DNA of 64,000 nucleotides from Chrysomallon squamiferum (lineage: Eukaryota > Animalia > Mollusca): contig CM022666.1 in assembly GCA_012295275.1 (NCBI GenBank), forward strand, positions 10,726,001 to 10,790,000, read 5' to 3'. Shown here one piece after another: positions 52,558-64,000 of this stretch; position 1 is the stretch's first letter; each line of letters begins with the position of its first letter. Made by a program: the position numbers and the translations under genes. The notes under the pieces are model-generated. The model was not told the origin of the DNA and did no database searches. It saw only the letters and a program-made list of their open reading frames with translations.

Positions 52558-55182
52558 AGCAAACTTATGTATTTATCATAAAATCGAAATAAAATGAGAA
52601 ATTTGTCCATAATAATATGAATTTTTAAGTTATTAGATCCCTATATGCAATTTTAATAAACAAATACAAAAATATATCTCTTCTCTATGTCTGTCGTTCT
52701 CTATAGCTCTGTGTGAGATCTGAGGGTTGGTCTATCATTCTCTAATTATTTATCTCTCATTCTCACACTTACTTATCTATATATATATTCATAAAACGGT
52801 GCCAGTGTAAGTACTGACGGGCTTGTAGATTCTTCTTGACGGAGATATTTCCCTCTCCGAGAAATTCCACAAAAGCCAATTAGTTTATGATCACATTTGC
52901 CTTTCAGCTAAGTAAATTAACTCTGGGTCTGCAGGAGACTTACTAAATAGAATTATATTAGTAGACAGCCAAGTAATAATTGTCTAATTTTCTTTTAACT
53001 TTACTGAAATCGTCATTAATATTAGCAACCGGCTTTATAAATTGCCAACCTGGAGCTAAAAAGGAATTAGAAACATAACGCGTGCAATCCGTTTTCTGTG
53101 AAAATGTCTCCGGTAACGGAATTTGGTCTTAATTCATGGATATGAATAATAATTTGCACGGCTGTGTTGACCACCAGAAGGATCTAGTCAGAAAAAAAAA
53201 ACCCACGTATCTCCTCGACGTGTCCTGGGGCTGCATATCTTTGCTTTGCTGCAGGACATTTATTTAATAATTTGAGATGTAAGTGATTCTGGAAGGTAAG
53301 TCTTCGTTTGACTCTTAAGTAATTACAGACGGGCTGTGTGTGTCTGTGGGACAAATGGATTTGCGCGAGTTTTGTGCCTGATCGGTAATTAACGTATTCT
53401 GCACGCTGAATCCAGATCCTCTTTGCCAATTTGGGAAACACTGCTTCCAGGCGAGATTCCGTTCTACGACAATGGCGTCCTCTCTCCACGTCTTTCGAGT
53501 GTTCACGACGTAGATTTCCCCGAGTGCACAAAGCGACAGTGTGCTGCGAGACATTGACAACAACGGCAGTAATCTTTTGAAGTTGAAATGTTGTGTTTTG
53601 ACAACTAAAGCGCTGCAACATACAAAGAAACAAAATATCTATGGTCATTGTGCAGGTTTGATTAGCTAAGTAACGACTGTAAGACATTATTGTCTTCTTC
53701 TTTACAGATCGTTAAACTCTTGATCCGTTTAATATGAAGTGTAAGACACTTGACATAATACTGTATTAAGACGTTATAAACAGATAGATTAAACTTCATG
53801 TTACATTCTTAATACATGATACTGAAAAGTGAATGAATAGTCAGACAGCATTTCATTCTGAATAAAAATATATTGAAAAATAGACTAATATTAATACAGT
53901 ATTATATTCTGATTTGAATGATATTGAAAAATATATTAATATTTATACAATATTACATTCTGAATACAGAAATACTAATATTACTAATTATATTCACATA
54001 ACTTTATTTTTCTAAACAAATCAATAATGTATACTGATTTTCATATAGTCTTGTTTTCTTCTGAACGTTATATCAAATGGTACTAGGATATAACCATGAT
54101 AAAATCAGTTTCAACTGTCTGATGAATATACTAATAATAAAGATACAATTAGCTTATGGTTTCTCCTCTAGCCTTCTTTGAATCCATCTAACTCGATATT
54201 CAAGCGACAAAATGCAAGTAAATCTCGAGCAGAATCGATGTAAATCTTTTTTCATTATTTTTATTTTTTCTTAAAAAATAAAAAAAGAAGACAGACCATT
54301 TTCTATTCATTATGTAAATTCTTTCAGTGCCGGTTTGAACGGCCTGGATTTCATTTGAGAGATCTTTTCTGCTCAAGAAAAAAAATAAAAAATAAAGAAA
54401 ACGAGCTGGTAATTGAAACAGTCAATTAGAGAGACTGAACAGATAAAAATGAAAACAAGTAGCAGGTCTCGTATGTGACGAATATGACATTTTCATTTTT
54501 GCGTAATAATTTGCAAAATCACATCTAACCTACGAATGTTCACCAGGCTTGTCTGTTGATCAGTATTTATTCTGACATTAATTAACTAAGGAGTGAAGCT
54601 GGATGGTAAAGTACTAATTTGATCTCTGACTGATCACGGTTTCTCTCTGTTCTTGTTCTTCTGATTTATAAAAGGGTCAGTCGTCCTATTTATTCTTTAG
54701 GGGCTATGTCCAGTTCAGATCGGTGCTCCATGCTGATTTATGAACGTCCATGAGAAGATGTGTATATAACATATCTAGCTGTTTATAAAAAATAGCACTC
54801 TTCATTATCTGTGCAGTCGTATTATATATCTATTTCTATATGCCATATGTGTGTGTGTATTTGTGTGTGTGTCTCCATGACAGGCTTTGTTATATTTTAC
54901 GCTGAAATATCACTAGTCCTCTTATGTATGTTTGCTTTTTTTTACAACGACAGTAATTATATATTATTATGAACAATTTCCAGTGGGTTATAAAAATAGC
55001 AATTTGAACAGCATCTGACGAAGACTTCAACGTGATCTTAAAATAGAAGCCTTGGGTGTAACGAATATAGGAATGAATAAATGAATGTTCGTTTCTGAGT
55101 TTCATTATTAAGAGATTTTACTCAAGAGTGTAACAGGAAAGACGGAAACTATTTATCGAACTAGATTTATTGAACTGAAGCA

Positions 55183-55220
<38 letters not shown>

Positions 55221-57851
55221 CGCTGAACATCAGCAGAACGGTAGAGATAAGCTGAGGCTTACGCTTCCCATCACGTCATCGAAAATACCCGACATAAAAT
55301 ACTTCATCATGTGTTTACTGAGTGTACCAAAATGCTTTCAAAAATTAGTTCAAACATTTTATGACATTCATTAAATGTATTTTGTATGGAAATAAAAAAT
55401 GTATTTGTTACAAAAAAAATGGAGATGTCACATAATACTAATTTAACAATACATCTCTATGGAACAGAATATACACACACACATATACACACACACATAC
55501 AGACACACACACTCACACAAACACACACACATATAAAATAGGGTTTATAATTTTATTTGGTGTAAAAGATTTTTTGATGTTTCAGTCTCCGGAAATTCTA
55601 TCTTGAGCTGTACTGTTAGAAAGTAACAAGTATTTAGCAGGCCCACCACTCTTAGAACATAGGGTTACAGACTGACAATTATTTTGAAGCCGCGGTGGCC
55701 TTAATTATGTTATATTATATATTTTATCTAGATTATATACTACATTATAATCTATATGTTTCATACACAAACACACATGTATGGATTTTAACTACGTTAT
55801 ATTCTATATTTTATTTACATTACATTATATTCTGTATTTTGAAGACAACGGACGCTAGTCTGTTTACTGCACGCTTTGTCACGCGTTGTCTCAGTCTCAG
55901 TGAGAGTAGAGAGATGCTTTGATGCTAACAGAATCAGTGAGTGCATGGAAATGAGGGATTAGTGAATTTCCGCGTGCTGATAGTTTCGTTACAGAAATAC
56001 AAATAAAATGTTTTTTGAATGTAACCTGCACATATTGCTTTTTGTTATTTGATTGTAAATTAAGTGAAATGTCACTTAAACGAAATTCACCATGAATTCC
56101 TGGTTTTTGCAAGAAAATTTTAGAATAACAAATGTTTTCTAAAGGAATAATGACATGTTCAATTTAACAATCATTTCAGTTATATTCTTAGTCTATATAA
56201 TCATCCTCAAATACTCAATAGTATATAATTAAGTCGTAACATACATGGTTAATTACTGTATCGATATCGAGGGAAGAATCAAGAGACATGAAAAAAAGAG
56301 TCATATATTCATTGTTTGCTTCGTCACTTTTAATACATTGGCTGCGAAACAGAAAATAACTATGTTTATTAATAACCTCCACATCTTTTAACGTAGTGCA
56401 TTTTTAAACACATATTTTACTCCTTCCTTTCATCTTCTGAGGTAATTATGTTTCTTCATTCCATTATTTATTTATTTTTTTTATTTTATTTTAATCTTTT
56501 GTTTCCTTGTTATTTTAAACATTCTTCCCCATTTTTTTATAATAACGTGTTATGTTTCCACTGTCTTCTGTTGTTTTTATTTGTCTTCTAGAACGGTCGC
56601 TGTTTTCTTTTATTGATCTTCTTAATATTATCTGCCATTTTCCTCCAATTTTCTTATTATATGTTTATCACTCAGAACAGCAGATTGCTTTTTCAGTAGC
56701 ACAGTACCTGTGAAAATACTAACAAGCAATACAATACAAAACAATGGACGTAGGTGCATTTATGAACCATTTTTTTTCCGGAAGAAAAATAAAGCATCAT
56801 ATTAAGCTTCATACTGCACCACATGAACTATTTTATTATCAGAACAAAATTGTAGTTACGATTAAAAATTAATCTGATTTTGAGCTGACTGAAAAGAAGA
56901 TTGGAACTGGATCAATTTAATAAACTGTTACAATGAAGCCTGTGACATAATACACATAGACAAATATTTAAAGGAATCTTTACGAAATCTGTATATTATA
57001 TTAATTAAAATAAAAATAAAATAAAAAATAAAAAATTAAAGATTACTACCAAAAAAACAAAAACATATTAACAGAATTACACGCCTTACCACTAAATATA
57101 TTATCAGTGGACTACATGGATTACTACTTGTCTTTGTAGATTACCACTGGACCATATCTATCATGCCTGGAGCGTGTAGATAAATATTACTTAGCTTTTC
57201 AAGATGATATACAAATCTCAGCGATTCAAATCTGACTGAACTCTTAGGCATGCACAATTTCTGTCTCTCAAAACCAGATTTTACATGGATACATGCTTTT
57301 GTGACGACATGTCTGTTCGTCCGTGTGTACAGTTAATTGAAAAATGATTTACGACATGACGTTGTGAAGTGTGAGAGACTGAACAACAATATCATCAGCA
57401 GCGTCATCACGTGTCGCTCACTCAGCCTCGCGATCACTTCAACGTTCGGTTAACCCCGTGTCCGTCACGGGCATCCAGGCTCGCAGAGCGCCATTTGTCA
57501 GCTTTAATCCGTTAATCAATCAACAAATATGCTGAATATATAAATAAATATTATATAGCGATACCTATTTTCTTTTCTTTTTTCATCTATCAAAAAAACA
57601 AACATTTTTAAGATATTTTTCTTTTTAACAAATTTGTTTTTGTGCCACTTTGTATTAGCAGTCATCATTTGATCTTCTCTCTCCCTCTCTATTACACACA
57701 CACACGCAGACACACAAACATACACATACACACACACATGTAAACAATACATACCCCCATCCATATATACACTACTACCACTGCTACTACTTTTTCTGCT
57801 GGTACAACAATTACTACTACTAATAACAAAAATCATAATAATAATAAGAAC

Positions 57852-57852
<1 letters not shown>

Positions 57853-57904
<52 letters not shown>

Positions 57905-57914
57905 CAGTAATAAT

Positions 57915-57986
<72 letters not shown>

Positions 57987-58009
57987 AAGAAGAAGAAGAA
58001 GAAGAAGAA
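57853..58009. repeat. Compound (AAT)n-(GAA)n microsatellite
   Basis: Seen directly. Confidence 0.95.
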
Positions 58010-58133
58010 CGGTAATATTCATCTCATGTTTTTATGTAATAATAAGCAATATTTATTTTCAAATGTAAATAACCAAAATATACCAAAAATCTTTGCGTTA
58101 TTTTTATTTGTCGACTGGTGTCAATGTGAGAAC

Positions 58134-58554
58134 TAATCTCGCACTAACCAAGCAGCAGTTAACACACAGATTTAAACTTCTAATCTCGCACTAACCAAGC
58201 AGCAGTTAACACACAGATTTAAACTTCTAATCTCGCACTAACCAAGCAGCAGTTAACACACAGATTTAAACTTCTAATCTCGCACTAACCAAGCAGCAGT
58301 TAACACACAGATTTAAACTTCTAATCTCGCACTAACCAAGCAGCAGTTAACACACAGATTTAAACTTCTAATCTCGCACTAACCAAGCAGCAGTTAACAC
58401 ACAGATTTAAACTTCTAATCTCGCACTAACCAAGCAGCAGTTAACACACAGATTTAAACTTCTAATCTCGCACTAACCAAGCAGCAGTTAACACACAGAT
58501 GTGAGAACTAATCTCGCACTAACCAAGCAGCAGTTAACACACAGATTTAAACTT
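58134..58554. repeat. 47-bp tandem repeat, 9 essentially identical copies
   Basis: taatctcgcactaaccaagcagcagttaacacacagatttaaacttc at 58134, 58181, 58228, 58275, 58322, 58369, 58416, 58463, 58509. Confidence 0.97.
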
Positions 58555-58648
58555 AGGTAATCAAAAGAACAATTCTCAGATGCACCTTTTTCAGACATCA
58601 TATTTAACTTCTAGTTATAGGGAAGGCGTGTCTAAAAGATCTCTTATG

Positions 58649-58683
<35 letters not shown>

Positions 58684-58771
58684 GTGATATATATGGTCAT
58701 TGTAATTTCTTAGAAATACTCGGCGAAAATTACTATTCAAATTGCAATTTTAATTAGTTTTTAATATTTAT

Positions 58772-58930
58772 AGTGACTTAAATAGTTTCATTGGCAGATT
58801 TATCAAACATCTTGAAATGTACTTTCCCGTCAAAGATATGGTACATTATATTTGCTGTTGACTATACTGAATAAGTATAATCAATATACCATCTTATGGC
58901 ATTAAGACAAATTATATTTCATCCAGAGTC
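58772..58930 (-). repeat. Inverted, diverged copy of the repeat at 61575-61840 / 63734-64000
   Basis: agtgacttaaata..tttatcaaa..caaagatatg..acattatatttgctgttgactatact..atcttatggcatta..aaattatatttcatccagag is the reverse complement of ~61645-61802. Confidence 0.88.
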
Positions 58931-59279
58931 AAAGAAAAAATCATTAGTTCATTTATTTGACTCATCAACAGCAACAACGGCATCAGTAAAAATAATCGAA
59001 ACGGCAGAAATGCCGATGACAGCAGCATCAGTTACAAACGATAAGGATAACAACAATAACAACGCTAACGTCAGCAATAGCGACAATTACAAAAACGACA
59101 GTAACCAGGACGGGCAATAACAATAACAAAGACTTTATTATCATAAACTGTAGGCCTGCACTTCAGAGAAGAATGTATTAGAGATATAAAATAATAAAAT
59201 TAAAATGCAAATTTATGGAAATGTGTATATGACATACTCTCTCTCACATATAGTTCTTATTAACAAATATAGTTATTTT

Positions 59280-60430
59280 TAATATAAACATGCTTTTATT
59301 CTACAAAATATTATAAGAAATTTGATTTGGATATCTCGAGTATTTATCTGGTATACCTTCTCTCGCATTTAATAATATAAGATCATTACATTCAAATATA
59401 TAATGATATTCACCTCCAACTTTGTCAAGATTACAAGATGTTATTTTCTATTTTACCTTTGACTATTAAATCCATTAGATGTTTCAAATTTCCATAACAC
59501 ATTAGCATTCTTTTGAGAAAACATTGTAAGATAATTTTCTAATTTGAATTCATTTTTTAAAATTATATATTACTACCCTTTGATAACTTTTCAATTTCAT
59601 TTTTATATTTCAAATACTGTTCATGTAACGTTTCACGTATCTGTTTAACATTATCAAAGCAGTCATATAACCATGCATATGCTATAATTTGTTAAAATGT
59701 GTTCCAAGGAGAATCAATAACATGCATTAAATAATATAGCTATAGGGAAATCTTGTTTTGCAAATAAGGTTCCCCCAAAAGATCATCATTCTTATTTTTA
59801 TAGAAATACCAGGGGTACATTTATTAACATTTAAAAATACTTACAAAATTTCCTTTGGAGTCTTTCTATTAATAGTAATTTCTAAACCCCGTATTTCACA
59901 ACCATACAATATAATTGGTTTTATCAGCTTGTGAAATAAGTAAAGTATACAATCAATGAAGAGATTATTCTGGCGACATTTTACTGAAAATCATTATTTT
60001 GGTTTTATTTGTATTGTCTTTAAGCCTCCATAGTCGACAGTAACTGACAAAATTGTTGAGATTATGTTGTAAAACATCCCGCCATTCTGCTAACAATATT
60101 GTATCTCTCAGCATATAGTGATTAAAAAGCTTTAAATAAACATTACATATTTCACTAAACATTGTTGTAATTGATTCTGGTCCATTTGCCTTCTAAATCT
60201 TTTAGAAAAAACAGAATAAAAATGGCGAGAGATTTTCTCCTTGCCTGCCACCGATTTCACAATTAAACTATCATATAAACAGTTCGCTGTAATTCTTGCC
60301 TTAGTTTATTTATACATATTTACTAAGACATTAAAACATCATTCATTTCTGTGAGACCTAATTAATCTATTCCATAATCTAGTTCTCTTCACTCTATCAA
60401 AAACTTTCTCAAAATCTATAAAAGAAACAT
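59280..60430 (-). mobile_element. Decayed non-LTR retrotransposon (LINE) reverse-transcriptase/C-terminal fragment
   Basis: Minus-strand remnants in order: FIDFEKVFDS, IGGRQGENLSPFLF, broken YADD (LYAxxDTILLAE), LQHNLNNFVSYCRLWRLK..TNKTKIMIF, KPIILYGCEI, and C-terminal CNL..GGEYHYIFEC zinc-knuckle-like motif; many frameshifts. Clade not determined. Confidence 0.88.
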
Positions 60431-61574
60431 AACTTTTTTTCTTCATATTTGTTCATTAACATAGAAATAACTAACAATAATTATAAAAGAATAAGGAACA
60501 ATAAAAATAACAATAACAATTATAAGACCAGTAACGACGATAAAAACAACGATAATGAAACAGTCATAACAAAAAGGATATTAGCGACAACAGCTCTGAA
60601 AATAAAGACAACAACTACGACAATGGTGTAACAAGCGAATGTCACTGATTAGTTTATTACGTGTGTTGACGTAAATTTGACAAAAACATTTTATATTATA
60701 GAGAAAAAAATTAAAAACTAAAATAAAAGAAGACACAAAAAACAAACGTTGTTCCTCTCTCATCAGCTGTCTGCGATCACTGAACTGACAACTGTGAGAA
60801 ATTCTAACAAATTAATCGTAAATCTGGATTCCGCACTAATCGGAAATCGTGTTTGGCATCTTCTTGGAAAAAAAGATTTAGATAGATGATTGATGACGAT
60901 GGCTTCTAGTTGTATACACAAACACTCGACCAAATTGCTATCACATTGACTCGAAGAATAAACAACACAGGCCAGAGACCATACTCTCTGTATGCCTGGT
61001 CACAGATTGACAATTAGTTCCAGTGATCACTTGATTTATAGCCTGTAACATGAAAATGGCAGATATTGCAGTGCAGTAATCAATCAAATATTATTAATTT
61101 GCATTTTACATTCTGATATATGTACAAATACATGTATATGTGTGTATATATGTACGTATATTTGTATATATTTATGTATGTATGTATGCATACATATACG
61201 TAAATGTATATGTGTGTATATATAAATATATATATATATGTATGTATGTATGTATATACGTATACATTCGTACATAAAGAATAAACGTTTCGCTATATGA
61301 ATGTAGAAGGTATTTTCGTATAACTAAGTATCATTAAGAATAAACAAGTCAAGACAAAGGTTAATTTCGGTGATCACATTGGAAGCAGTGTTTTAACAAA
61401 GACGACAGTTATTGCTAAATAGAACTAACTATTTATTTCCTCATATATAATATATACTATAACCTCACAGTTCAACGAACCTACACACACACACATACAC
61501 AGGACACTGCCCTACGAAATATCAGATGAATATATAAAGGACGTTTTTTATATATATATTAATAAATCAGCCAC

Positions 61575-61840
61575 TTTTTGCCGTTTCGATTATTTTTATT
61601 GATGTTGATTACACAAATAAATAAAATAATGATTTTTTTCTTTTCTCTGGATGAAATATAATTTTTCATAATGCCATAAGATAGGAAGTATGTTGATTCT
61701 TCTTAGTATAGTCAACAGCAAATATAATGTATCATATCTTTGACAGGAAAATACATTCCAAGATATTTGATAAATCAGCCACTGAAAATATTTAAGTCAC
61801 TTTGATATTGTATAAAATTTCTGCATGATCCGGTCACTGA
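61575..61840 (+). repeat. Direct repeat copy 1 (partner 63734..64000)
   Basis: Near-identical tttttgccgtttcgattatttttattgatg...gcatgatccggtcactgac; weaker similarity extends upstream to the (CA)n + acactgccctac block (~61485 / ~63600). Confidence 0.95.
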
Positions 61841-62542
61841 CATTACAGGTTTGTTGCATATGCAGCGGAAACACAAATTTAGCTCTGGTTGCCATGTTTT
61901 TAGAAAGTAATAACTGTTATGTGATAATTAACCTCATAACTGCCTTTGTTATCAAGGCAATGATTAATGTTACTATAATAGATTCAGTATGTATGTATGT
62001 GTGTATGTGTGTATTTATATATGTGTATGTATGTATGTGTGTATATGTGTGTGTGTATTTATGTATGTATGTGTATGTATGTATGTATATGTGTATGTGC
62101 ATGTGTGTACGGGTGTATTTATGTATGTGTATGTATGTATGTATATGCATGTATGTGTATAGGTATATGTGAATGTATGTGTGTAAGTATGTATGTATGT
62201 ATATATGTATGCATGTATGTATGTATGCAAAGAAGGTATTTTAAAATATTCTTAGTTCGTATAGGTCATTAAGTATAAACAAGTATATATTTCGACATAT
62301 ATACTATTATAATATTTACCATACTGCCACTCTCACATCGTTCAACGAACCTAGTATTGAAGAATAGATACAAAGACGAAGTTAAAATTTCTTCTGCTTT
62401 TGCTTATTAAGAATAGCATTATGTCATTCCAGCGTTATGTTATACAGATTATCTCTATCCCTAAATATGTTGAATTTGTTTTTCTTTTTAGGCTTATATT
62501 AAACCGTTAATCTTTAAAACTGAAATAATAATAATAATAATC

Positions 62543-62594
<52 letters not shown>

Positions 62595-62943
62595 TGATGA
62601 TGATGATGATGAAACATCGAACATTATAATACAAATTGATGAAGAAAAAAGAAAAAAAAAGAAAGAAAATATATATTCTTCAGCGAAAATTTAAATATCT
62701 TTAAAGTAAAATATTATGTTATTAAAGTATTTTGACATATTGGTATCTCGTTAGGTTTTAATGTACGTTTGTGCCTACATATTTATTGTAGTAAAAAAGA
62801 GAAAAGAAAGAAGTATCTGATTAAATAACATAACAGTGTAACAACAGTAGTTATATTGTGTCATCAATTACAAAACAGTTGTCATATTAAACAATTAAAA
62901 TAAAGTGTTGTGTTCATCTGGATAAAACTATATATAACACATC

Positions 62944-63030
<87 letters not shown>

Positions 63031-63035
63031 AATAA
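62944..63035. repeat. (AAT)n microsatellite
   Basis: Seen directly. Confidence 0.97.
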
Positions 63036-63219
63036 ACTATATATTTTCATGTTATGTCTGATGTTTAGTGGCTTCAGATTCGAGTCCGTTTTTGAAAAGT
63101 GGTTAACTTGTTTTCGGTTTTCACTCTAGTTACAACATTCATCACACAAAAATAAAGTTAACCACTTTGATAATAACGTCGCTAACGATTCCTCACTAAC
63201 GACCTGCAAGCGTACCGCA

Positions 63220-63525
63220 CAGTACATCAACGTTTCATATTCACTACGTCTCACTCTCAGTACATCAACGTTTCATATTCACTACGTCTCACTCTCAGTG
63301 CATCAACGTTTCATATTCACTACGTCTCACTCTCAGTACATCAACGTTTCATATTCACTACGTCTCACTCTCAGTACATCAACGTTTCATATTCACTACG
63401 TCTCACTCTCAGTACATCAACGTTTCGTACTCACTACGTCTCACTCTCAGTACATCAACGTTTCATATTCACTACGTCTCACTCTCAGTACATCAACGTT
63501 TCATACTCACTACATATCTCACTCT
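63220..63525. repeat. 38-bp minisatellite (cagtacatcaacgtttcatattcactacgtctcactct), ~8 units
   Basis: Tandem units read directly (63220, 63258, ...). Confidence 0.96.
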
Positions 63526-63578
63526 GAGATCACCAAAACGTTTCCGGTAAATTTTCCGAAAAGTACTGACTATTTTTT

Positions 63579-63622
<44 letters not shown>

Positions 63623-63733
63623 AACAGAGTACACTGCCCTACTAAATATGAGGTGAACATACAACGGACGTTTTATATATATATATATATATGATAAAAT
63701 AAAATAAAATAATCATCATTGCCGTTATCGTAA

Positions 63734-64000
63734 TTTTTGCCGTTTCGATTATTTTTATTGATGTTGATTACACAAATAAATAAAATAATGATTTTTTTCT
63801 TTTCTCTGGATGAAATATAATTTTTCATAATGCCATAAGATATTAAGTATGTTGATTCTTCTTAGTATAGTCAACAGCGAATATAATGTATCATATCTTT
63901 GACAGGAAAATACATTCCAAGATATTTGATAAATCAGCCTCTGAAAATATTTAAGTCACTTTGATATTGTATAAAATTTCTGCATGATCCGGTCACTGAC
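63734..64000 (+). repeat. Direct repeat copy 2 (runs off window end)
   Basis: Near-identical to 61575-61840, ~2.16 kb downstream. Confidence 0.95.

Noticed and set aside
51998-52610. ORFs with 11-aa Cys-containing repeats (NRDKCENNVIL)
   Set aside because: 33-bp minisatellite; frame broken by 31-bp units, no convincing splice context.
53184-53687. 167-aa minus-strand ORF as a protein-coding gene
   Set aside because: No recognisable domain or splice partners; length compatible with chance in a locally GC-richer island (kept only as a regulatory-type finding).
54712-54745. Small hairpin gttcagatcggtg...tgctgatttatgaac as miRNA
   Set aside because: Stem of ~13 bp rich in G-U pairs is too short for a pre-miRNA.
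58134-58554. CRISPR-like regular repeat
   Set aside because: Units are directly adjacent with no unique spacers, no cas genes, and the DNA is eukaryotic.

Overview
AT-rich, microsatellite-rich eukaryotic (animal, probably lophotrochozoan/molluscan - inference from repeat and gene-family content) genomic DNA with spliceosomal introns; most ORFs in the track are simple-repeat artefacts. Reading splice sites by hand gives three intact six-exon genes encoding signal peptide + CAP/SCP domain + CRISP-type hinge + one CLEC18-type EGF-like module + GPI-anchor-like tail: CAP-1 (2993..8088,+), its recent near-identical duplicate CAP-2 (16321..19447,+) and an older paralog CAP-3 (28259..23472,-, with a furin-type propeptide). 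CAP-1 has lost the conserved GH[YF]TQ histidine (GDYTQ) and the CAP-1/CAP-2 differences are mostly amino-acid changing. The CAP-1 duplicate sits between the two halves of what looks like one dead minus-strand STAND-NTPase/ankyrin (NLR-like) gene: a degenerate P-loop exon at ~9200-9484 and a frameshifted ankyrin array at 380-2175 that is cut exactly at the duplication breakpoint. The remainder holds decayed TEs (tRNA-SINE, MULE, Tc1 DD34E, Tigger, LINE RT), six minisatellites, and a gene-poor ~15-kb stretch.
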